This document shows positions 56,946 through 64,000 of a DNA stretch of 64,000 bases, piece after piece. Origin of the DNA: Candidatus Lloydbacteria bacterium (GTDB taxonomy: Bacteria; Patescibacteriota; Minisyncoccia; Phycocordibacterales; UBA6899); assembly GCA_043719805.1 (NCBI GenBank), contig JAYSTI010000001.1, forward strand, positions 215,770 to 279,769, given 5' to 3'. Position numbers and translations under genes: made by a program. The number at the start of each line of letters is the position of its first letter. Positions within the stretch are counted from its first letter, which is position 1. The notes beneath the pieces are model-generated. The model worked only from the letters and a program-made list of their open reading frames with translations, ran no database searches and was not told where the DNA came from.

Positions 56946-57509
56946 ATGCAAGTACCACAAACGTTCTGCGAAACGCCCGGCAAGAAGCTGGCCTGCGTCT
57001 TCATCGACACACCCGAACTCTCGCGCGCGTACGACCGGCTCATCAGCCTTTGCACCGACGTGGTGTTCGTCGACGCAGAGAACCGCTTTGTCCTCGCCCA
57101 CCGCGTCATCGACTCGGCGCAAGGGTGGTGGTGGAAGGGCGGCGGCATGCGCAAAGGCGAAACAATCGATGATTCCCGCAATCGTCTCATGAAGCGCGAA
57201 GTCAGCTTCGTTCCCGATGGAATCCATCTCTTGGATCAATTCTTCCATCAGTGGGACCGCCGCGCCGAAGCGCCCTTCGAGAACGGCAAGCATGACTTCA
57301 TCTTCCTCTCTTTCGTGAAGGTGGACGAAGACACGATCGCGAAGATCAGGCTCGACCCGGGCGAGTACGATCCGGCACGCGGCCTAATGCGCTACGATGG
57401 CACGCAGGAAGTGCGGCCCGCAGTGAAGGCAGCGTACGAGCTCTATTGCAAGCTGCACGCTCCGAGGGCGCAGTGGGCCACGGGGATACTTGGGGACGAG
57501 GAGTGCTGA
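56946..57509 (+). CDS. Nudix hydrolase, GDP-mannose mannosyl hydrolase-like (paralog 2)
   Basis: CTDVVFVD..FVLAHR..AQGWWWKGGGMRKGET..REV. Confidence 0.7.
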   Translation: MQVPQTFCETPGKKLACVFIDTPELSRAYDRLISLCTDVVFVDAENRFVLAHRVIDSAQGWWWKGGGMRKGETIDDSRNRLMKREVSFVPDGIHLLDQFFHQWDRRAEAPFENGKHDFIFLSFVKVDEDTIAKIRLDPGEYDPARGLMRYDGTQEVRPAVKAAYELYCKLHAPRAQWATGILGDEEC

Positions 57510-57533
57510 CCTAAAGCACTGACGAGAAACGAC

Positions 57534-57563
57534 ACGGGCTCGCGATTGCGAGCCCGTTTTTTT
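57534..57563 (+). terminator. Intrinsic terminator
   Basis: ACGGGCTCGC-GATT-GCGAGCCCGT-TTTTTT. Confidence 0.8.
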
Positions 57564-57572
57564 ATTTACAAT

Positions 57573-58589
57573 TCATGCCCAGAGTGAGCGTTTGCCTCCC
57601 TCTCTCCTGCGCTTGATCCACTCTGCGGTCACATTGAGTCCGTCCGCAAGCGGGGTTTTCGGCTCCCAGCCAAGGGTGGTTTTAATTTTTGCGATATCCA
57701 CTTCACGGCGCAGTGCAGTATTTGCCGTCGTCTCAACGACTTGATATTTGAACTCGCGGCCGTCGCCGAACATTTTCCAGACGATCTCGCCAAGTTCGAG
57801 AATTGTGTAATATTTGTTGTTTCCAATATTGAAATCATTATTCCTGACACTCTCGTCTCCTCGCGCAGCGCGCTCAACTATTTCTACGGTTGCCTCTATC
57901 GCGTCATCAATGTACGTGAAGGGGCGCGTCGATGCGGGGTCACCGAGGAATTCGAGCGGATACTGTCCGCTTATCACTTTCTCGAGGAGTGCAGGAATGA
58001 CATGAATGTCTCCCGGCGTTGCGCCCTTAGAATCCTCTCCTGCTCCGTAGATATTGTGATAACGAATAATGGTGTAGTCGAGGCCGTACTGCTCCTTGAA
58101 TGAGCGGCAGAAATATTCGCCGCTGAGTTTCGAAAAACCGTAGACATTCGTCGGAGGATTAATTTTTGTGATGTCTTTCTCCGTATACGGGAACTGTGGC
58201 GGATGCTGAAAGACCATCGAGCTCGATGAGTAAATGATGTGCGGAATCTTGTTCTTCACCATTGCCGGATAGACCGATGCATCAATGGCGCTGTTGTTGG
58301 CCATGATTTCCGCCTGATGGTCGCGCATATAGGTGAGCGAACCGATGTCCGCAGCAAGCTGAAGGACGACGTCACCGCCAGCGAGCGCCTTCTCGGCCTC
58401 ACCGGCAATGCGCAGATCGTGCTGTCGGAATGCAATTCCCCCGGGAAAAGTGATGCCGCGTTCTTCGGGTGGAACGATATCAACGACCACGACATTGTAG
58501 CCGAGGCTCGCCAACCTTACTGCAGCGCGACTCCCAACGTACCCTGACCCACCGGTTACGATAATAGTCTTTGCTTTTTCTGTTGCCAT
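57573..58589 (-). CDS. NAD-dependent epimerase/dehydratase
   Basis: TGGSGYVG, SSSSMVF, YGFSK, HVIP. Confidence 0.9.
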   Translation of the reverse strand: MATEKAKTIIVTGGSGYVGSRAAVRLASLGYNVVVVDIVPPEERGITFPGGIAFRQHDLRIAGEAEKALAGGDVVLQLAADIGSLTYMRDHQAEIMANNSAIDASVYPAMVKNKIPHIIYSSSSMVFQHPPQFPYTEKDITKINPPTNVYGFSKLSGEYFCRSFKEQYGLDYTIIRYHNIYGAGEDSKGATPGDIHVIPALLEKVISGQYPLEFLGDPASTRPFTYIDDAIEATVEIVERAARGDESVRNNDFNIGNNKYYTILELGEIVWKMFGDGREFKYQVVETTANTALRREVDIAKIKTTLGWEPKTPLADGLNVTAEWIKRRREGGKRSLWA

Positions 58590-58607
58590 ATGAAAATAAA
58601 TTATCTC

Positions 58608-59963
58608 CTAAAATGACCGATATCCAAGATTTGCATACGCTATCCCTTCGGCGATGATGTCCTCACGCAATTTGTTGTACATACCCCATGGATCAAGTGC
58701 CAACTTCACTATTGTGGAACGATCCTTCCCAAAAATTAATTTATCGTGATCGAAATAATTCTCATGTCGATGCATGAAAATCACAATGTCACCGCTCTTT
58801 GCGATCTCATCAATGTGTCCTATTCGCCCGATTTGCCAAGCCTCAAATACCTCCGGTGCAACATGTGCATCATAACCGCTGATGTTCTCATACCCGAGGC
58901 CGCGAAGGTCCCGAATGAGTGCCTCACTCGGAGAAAAGCGCACATCTGATGTTGACGGACTTCCTTTGAATGCAAGACCGACGACAACAATATGCGGTTC
59001 AATATTTTTGCCTGACTGCTTTACAAATTCATGCACGATATTGGCCACGTGGCTTGTCATGAGCTTGTTCACCGTACGCCCTTGTCGGAGCAACTCTCCC
59101 GCATCTTCATGTTTTTCTGTGCCATGCGTAAGCAAAAGCGGGTCTTTCGTCAGACAATAGCCGCCAACTCCCGGCGAAGGAAGAGGAATGCGATTTCGCG
59201 CGTAACCTTCGTTCGCGGCCTCAATGACCGTGTTCACGTTGACGTTGTGCACCGATGAGATGAGTGCAAGTGAATTCGCAAAAGCGAAAGTGAGATCGCG
59301 GTAGGCGTTGGAAATAAGCTTGATCATCTCTCCTTCTTCGAGCGTATCAACCAACACGATGTGCTTGGCAAAGCGCGCAAACAATTTTTCAGCAACGTTC
59401 CTGCACTCCGGGGTCAGTCCCGCTACCACCTGCGGAAGCGTGCGCAATTCTTCGAGTGCCTTTCCCTCGATGGTGCGCTCAGGGGCGAATGCAACATGAA
59501 AATCTTTCTCGGCCTTCAGCCCCGAAGTCTTTTCGAGAATCGGGATGACGCGATTGCGGGTTGTTCCGACAGTGACCGTTGAGCGCAAAATAACAATATC
59601 CCCCGCTTTGAGTACGCCACCGATATCCTTCGATGACTGCTCAACGTGAGAATAGTCAGGATTTCCCTTCTCGTCGACATTGCTTCCCACGGAGATTACA
59701 AAAGCGGTCGCCTTCGCGGCGTCCAAAATAGAAGTTGAAAAAGTGAGTCTGCCCGCATGCGCGGCAATCTTCTCCTCGAGCCCCGGTTCAAAAAAATGAG
59801 GCATCCCGCTCTCGAGTGCGTCAATAATTGCTTCATTTGAATCGATGCCAAAAACAGTTGCGCCCTCTTCTGCAAACGTGACCGCAAGAGTCAGCCCAAC
59901 GTAGCCGAGACCGACGACGCAAACGATGCCTTCCGCCCAAATTTGTTGATTTGTGTGTGCCAT
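58608..59963 (-). CDS. UDP-N-acetylhexosamine dehydrogenase (WecC/WbpA-like)
   Basis: GLGYVG, RST, APER, PGVGGYCLTKDP, GLAFKG. Confidence 0.9.
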   Translation of the reverse strand: MAHTNQQIWAEGIVCVVGLGYVGLTLAVTFAEEGATVFGIDSNEAIIDALESGMPHFFEPGLEEKIAAHAGRLTFSTSILDAAKATAFVISVGSNVDEKGNPDYSHVEQSSKDIGGVLKAGDIVILRSTVTVGTTRNRVIPILEKTSGLKAEKDFHVAFAPERTIEGKALEELRTLPQVVAGLTPECRNVAEKLFARFAKHIVLVDTLEEGEMIKLISNAYRDLTFAFANSLALISSVHNVNVNTVIEAANEGYARNRIPLPSPGVGGYCLTKDPLLLTHGTEKHEDAGELLRQGRTVNKLMTSHVANIVHEFVKQSGKNIEPHIVVVGLAFKGSPSTSDVRFSPSEALIRDLRGLGYENISGYDAHVAPEVFEAWQIGRIGHIDEIAKSGDIVIFMHRHENYFDHDKLIFGKDRSTIVKLALDPWGMYNKLREDIIAEGIAYANLGYRSF

Positions 59964-60084
59964 GTTCTGTGTGAAAGATAACTTGCCCCGCATTGATTAT
60001 GTCGCAGAAATCCAAGCTGCGAGTCTACCATCGGTCAATCATACTACAATTGCGACATCGTCCTAGTTTACATACAATGAAGCC

Positions 60085-61194
60085 ATGAAAAACGAAATCA
60101 TGCCAGTCATCTACGTCTCGCCTTATTACGACCCGAAAGTATATTCCGGGGGTAACCGACGTTTCGGCGAGCTCGTCTCGCGTTTTAAGCGGGACCTCGG
60201 CGGCAAATTCACGCTCGTCGTTACAAAGGGAAAAGCCCCTGAAAACTGGGATGGAAAACTCGTTGAAATCGCATACGAATTCAATCACGTGAGCAAATTT
60301 AGTGCGGCAAAAGAAATAGCGGAATTTCTCGACTCGCAGCCGCCGTCAATTGTCATCCTCGAATCCGTGCCCATCCCCTTTGCGGCACTCAAGCGTCATG
60401 TGCATTTTCAAGTCGCATATGATTTTCGCTACTTCACCGGCGACAGCAAGGGCTTCCTCTATCGCATGGCATTCTCGCAATATCTCAAAAACCAATGGAG
60501 CCGCTCACAGTTTATGGTCACATGCAGTGATTTCTCCATCGATGAACTGAAAAAATATGTCGGCTACGATCCGAAACGCGTCGTGAAGAGTTTCTTCGGC
60601 ATCGACGAGAACGTGTTCGACATCGCAAAAGAACCGGCCCCCGCGAAAGAAATCGATATCATCTATGTCGGCCACTACGAAAAGAGGAAGAACCACGAAG
60701 CGCTCGTCCGCGCCGTCGCACTTATCGACAAGAACCTAAAAGTATTTTTCATTGGAAGAGACAACGGCCTGGAAATGTCCCTCAAGGAACTCTGCAAAGA
60801 GCTCGGTCTCACCAATGTCGAATTCGGGAAGTCCGTCGATGACAAGACCTTGTGGAATCTCTATCGCAAGAGCCGTGTGTTTGCCTACCCGTCGACCTAC
60901 GAGGGATTCGGCATTCCTACGATCGAGGCACTCGCGCTCGGCGTGCCGGCGGTCATTTCCGATGTACCAGTGTTCCACGAAGTGGGTGGCGACCTCGTCA
61001 CCTATTTTGACCCACTTGACCCAAAAGATATCGCGGAAAAAATAAAAGCACGTCTCGCGGACGGTGCTGTTCCTCCACCCGAAAAAGTGCGCGCACATCT
61101 CGAGCAATTTTTCTGGGAAAATATCTACAAGACGTTTGTGGATGACCTGCAGAAATTTTCTGAAGAAGCTGTTGCCAAAAGAGCACTCCGATAG
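60085..61194 (+). CDS. GT4 glycosyltransferase
   Basis: EKRKNH, YPSTYEGFGIPTIEA, SDVPVFHEV. Confidence 0.92.
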   Translation: MKNEIMPVIYVSPYYDPKVYSGGNRRFGELVSRFKRDLGGKFTLVVTKGKAPENWDGKLVEIAYEFNHVSKFSAAKEIAEFLDSQPPSIVILESVPIPFAALKRHVHFQVAYDFRYFTGDSKGFLYRMAFSQYLKNQWSRSQFMVTCSDFSIDELKKYVGYDPKRVVKSFFGIDENVFDIAKEPAPAKEIDIIYVGHYEKRKNHEALVRAVALIDKNLKVFFIGRDNGLEMSLKELCKELGLTNVEFGKSVDDKTLWNLYRKSRVFAYPSTYEGFGIPTIEALALGVPAVISDVPVFHEVGGDLVTYFDPLDPKDIAEKIKARLADGAVPPPEKVRAHLEQFFWENIYKTFVDDLQKFSEEAVAKRALR

Positions 61195-61258
61195 ACAGTC
61201 GCACCAGACGTGCTAGATTGCATAGAGATATTCTGCGCCAAGACGAAAGGAGCGAACA

Positions 61259-61924
61259 ATGACAACAAAGCTGATAGAGGTGCTGTTTTTTGACTTTGGG
61301 AATGTGTGCGCGACGTTCGATTTTCGCCGGTTTCTTGGCCCATTCAGTGCCCGTATCGGACAGAGCGTCGCCGATGTTCGAGCGGCGCTTGTGGGCAATG
61401 CTGCAGGCAGATCATACGGGCCGTTCTTTGAGCGCGTAGAAAGCGGGACCATCAGTCCGAGTCAGTTCTTCCACGAACTCACCCGCACGCTCAACTGTGC
61501 GCACTTGGTCGACTACGAAACGTTCGCGCGCATGTGGTCGGACATCTTTGTCGCCGAGAACACCGAGCTCGATCACCTCCTCGCGAAAATTCCCTTGCGA
61601 AAGTACTTGCTCTCAAATACGAATCACATCGTACACAGCCGATATATAGCCCACACGGCCATCGTGCGAAATCATTTCCGTTATTGGGAGCAACGCGTCC
61701 TTTCCTACCTCGTCGGCGGAATCAAGCCCGATGCGAAAATCTACGTCGAGGCACTCCGTCGTGCCGGCATCGATCCGTCGCAATGCCTTTTTGTCGACGA
61801 CCTCGCCGAGAACATCGCCGCATGGGAAACCCTCGGCGGTCGCGGCATCGTTTACAACGCACACCACGACTCAATCGAGATGTTGCGCCGCGAATTCGCC
61901 GCACACGGCATCACGCCCATATGA
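61259..61924 (+). CDS. HAD phosphatase (YihX-like)
   Basis: FDFGNV, LSNTN, KPD, FVDD. Confidence 0.88.
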   Translation: MTTKLIEVLFFDFGNVCATFDFRRFLGPFSARIGQSVADVRAALVGNAAGRSYGPFFERVESGTISPSQFFHELTRTLNCAHLVDYETFARMWSDIFVAENTELDHLLAKIPLRKYLLSNTNHIVHSRYIAHTAIVRNHFRYWEQRVLSYLVGGIKPDAKIYVEALRRAGIDPSQCLFVDDLAENIAAWETLGGRGIVYNAHHDSIEMLRREFAAHGITPI

Positions 61925-61927
61925 GCA

Positions 61928-61959
61928 AACACCCACGCATAATGCGGTGGGTGTTTTTT
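61928..61959 (+). terminator. Intrinsic terminator
   Basis: AAACACCCAC-GCATAATGC-GGTGGGTGTTTTTT. Confidence 0.7.
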
Positions 61960-61977
61960 GCGTCTCGAATGTTGCTC

Positions 61978-63483
61978 TTAGTTATTGTCCTCGTTGCCCT
62001 CGATGATGATATATTCATCGGCGGGTAGCATCTTGCCGCCCTGATTGCCAACAATGATAAAGCCCGCAAGGACCAAGAGTGCCAACACGATCAATCCAAG
62101 GACCCAATTCATGATGTTGTCGGAAAATAGCCCAAAGGGAGAATTTTTTTGTGCGGTGCCTCCCTGCCACAGTATGGTTGCGGCGGTTGCTGTCGCCCCT
62201 TGCGTGGTCGGTGCAACGGCTATACTTGGTGCAGACGCAACACTTCTACCCGTAGCCACGCTCTTACTCAATCCCTGCGATACGACACGCGAAGATGCCT
62301 GCTTACTGACTCCTGCAACCGAAGTCGGAATAGTGGCGGACGCCGACGGTGCAAGCGTCCCCCACGTGAAAGCGACGGTGCCGTCAGGATAACGAAGGGA
62401 GATTTGTGGCGAGTCAAAATCGATGCCGCTCACGCGATGCGACAATAGAAATGTTTTTTTCGACAAAACAATTGTATTGGAAGAAAACACGAACGGTGTC
62501 CCGCTCACACCAGAAAGAGACCACCCCGAAAGATCCATTTCACTACCGGTCCGATTGGTAAGTTCAACGTACCCCTTCTCGCCCGGAATAACTTTTGAAA
62601 TAATGATATCGGGATTCACTACCGAAACGGACAGTCTATCTGCGCTGTGATACTCCGCCAAAAACACTTCGAGTGTCACCACGTACTCCCCCGGAAATTC
62701 GTACACATGTGACACATTGCGCTCATCTGAAATAGCACCATCACCGAAATTCCATCGATAGGTTGCCCGGGTGAGCGGCTCATTGTAGAGGCCAGTAGAA
62801 CTTCCCTGAAATGCGACAGGAAAGGCAGTGAATGCGCGTTTATCCTCCCCCGCATCAACGACAATGTTTTTTCGCGGATATGGAGACTTCACTCCTGTGC
62901 CGAATGCGCTGCCTGCGGTAGCATTCGCCACTGTCTCGGCCGTGGTATTTGTCTCCACAACAATGCCCGCACCAGCGACCTCGCCGACCGTTCCACTGTT
63001 AAGTGCGCGCGGAGTTGGCCGAGCGGTCGCCCACGCACTTCCTATGCGCTGTGCAGTATCTTTTGTTGTATTGTCTCCCCCGACGTTAATCCAACTTGCT
63101 CCTCCAATGACGACATTAACATCGACGCCATCTTTATCCTTGAGCCGAAGTGTTTCGCCGAGCTCATTGCCCAGTGAGCCAGTATAGATTTGATCGGCAG
63201 CAACAGAAAGAATGCTGTCATCGCTGGTACGCTCAAGTAGAAAATAACCATTGCCTGCAATTGTGCCAACGAGAGTAATCACCGGAGAACCGTCATCGGC
63301 CTTAAGCATCCAACCGGACAAGTCGACCGCAGTTGAATCCGGATTGTAGAGCTCTATCCATTCACTATTGGCGGACACCGTCGTCCCCATCCACGCAATC
63401 TCATTAATGACCACATTGGCATATGCGGTGCTTGCGCACGATGCCCACAACACAAAAATGCCAGTGAGTATGTTTCTGTTCAT
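61978..63483 (-). CDS. Secreted, membrane-anchored lamin-tail-domain + PKD protein
   Basis: Signal peptide, VVINEIAW..EWIELYN..DLSGW, YRWNFGDG PKD motif, C-terminal TM segment. Confidence 0.8.
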   Translation of the reverse strand: MNRNILTGIFVLWASCASTAYANVVINEIAWMGTTVSANSEWIELYNPDSTAVDLSGWMLKADDGSPVITLVGTIAGNGYFLLERTSDDSILSVAADQIYTGSLGNELGETLRLKDKDGVDVNVVIGGASWINVGGDNTTKDTAQRIGSAWATARPTPRALNSGTVGEVAGAGIVVETNTTAETVANATAGSAFGTGVKSPYPRKNIVVDAGEDKRAFTAFPVAFQGSSTGLYNEPLTRATYRWNFGDGAISDERNVSHVYEFPGEYVVTLEVFLAEYHSADRLSVSVVNPDIIISKVIPGEKGYVELTNRTGSEMDLSGWSLSGVSGTPFVFSSNTIVLSKKTFLLSHRVSGIDFDSPQISLRYPDGTVAFTWGTLAPSASATIPTSVAGVSKQASSRVVSQGLSKSVATGRSVASAPSIAVAPTTQGATATAATILWQGGTAQKNSPFGLFSDNIMNWVLGLIVLALLVLAGFIIVGNQGGKMLPADEYIIIEGNEDNN

Positions 63484-63595
63484 AGTTCGGATTTTACTCG
63501 TAAATATGCGTGGCGCAAGGATTTTGTGTAACAAAAAACTCTTGACACGGGTGTCAAGAGTTGAAACAAATACCTCACCGACATTCAAAAAACTG

Positions 63596-64000
63596 TTACC
63601 GAGCCAACAGGAGCGGACCAAAAACGAGTTCAGGGGATTGCCCGTTCCGCACATGCTCACCAGTGAGGTGGACTTTCACGACCTTGCGAGTACTGCGCTG
63701 AAGCGTCGGGAGCCGAAGGAACGTTTGGTGATAGATACCGGCGCAAATGGTCCGAAGACCACGCGCGCCCATCTTTTCACGGATCGCTCTCTTCGCAATC
63801 TCCTTAATGGCTTCGGGGTCACAGACGGACTCCGCACCTTCACGTCCGATGATCTCGGCGTATTGCTTCAAGAGCGCATTCTTCGGCTCAGTCAGGATTG
63901 CTTCCAGCATCGCTTCGGTCAGCTCATCGAATGTCGCCCGGACAGGGAGACGAGCGATAAACTGCGTATCGAAACCAAACATCGCGAGATCTTGCGGAGT
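63596..64000 (-). CDS. clpX: ClpX-like AAA+ ATPase, C-terminal part (truncated by window)
   Basis: FIARLPV..ILTEPKNALLKQY..GARGLRTI. Confidence 0.75.
   Translation of the reverse strand, partial: TPQDLAMFGFDTQFIARLPVRATFDELTEAMLEAILTEPKNALLKQYAEIIGREGAESVCDPEAIKEIAKRAIREKMGARGLRTICAGIYHQTFLRLPTLQRSTRKVVKVHLTGEHVRNGQSPELVFGPLLLAR

Noticed and set aside
56720-57450. Nudix paralog 3' similarity as a second TR/VR pair
   Set aside because: Differences are largely synonymous and not adenine-specific; both copies are coding: ordinary duplication.
1-64000. Additional VRs, tRNA or rRNA genes
   Set aside because: None recognised by eye; BLAST with the TR and tRNAscan would be needed to exclude them.

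Overview
64 kb of a compact, ~50% GC bacterial chromosome. Gene content and style suggest Patescibacteria/CPR (Parcubacteria-like; inferred). Most of the window is a very large surface-glycan locus: GT2/GT4 glycosyltransferases, a flippase, about nine SAM methyltransferases, an amino-sugar pathway, AsnB, MBOAT/SGNH, a split transketolase and nucleotide-sugar dehydrogenases/epimerases, with a three-gene ATP-citrate lyase inside it. Embedded in this locus are: (1) a complete diversity-generating retroelement (RT, inverted avd, TR, target gene with VR; 16/16 TR-VR mismatches at TR adenines), bracketed by a 10-bp direct repeat between divergent elp3 and Trm9-like genes; (2) two arrays in which toxin-antitoxin or other cargo genes are separated by ~100-160 bp duplicated ends of sugar-pathway genes; (3) a cluster of three DxD-less GT-A-like paralogs with a kinase, an inositol monophosphatase-family gene and a 2H phosphoesterase, two genes of which carry the same 72-nt 5' leader with compensatory base changes (candidate new structured RNA). 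No rRNA, tRNA or CRISPR array was recognised. All calls come from reading the sequence; no database searches were run.
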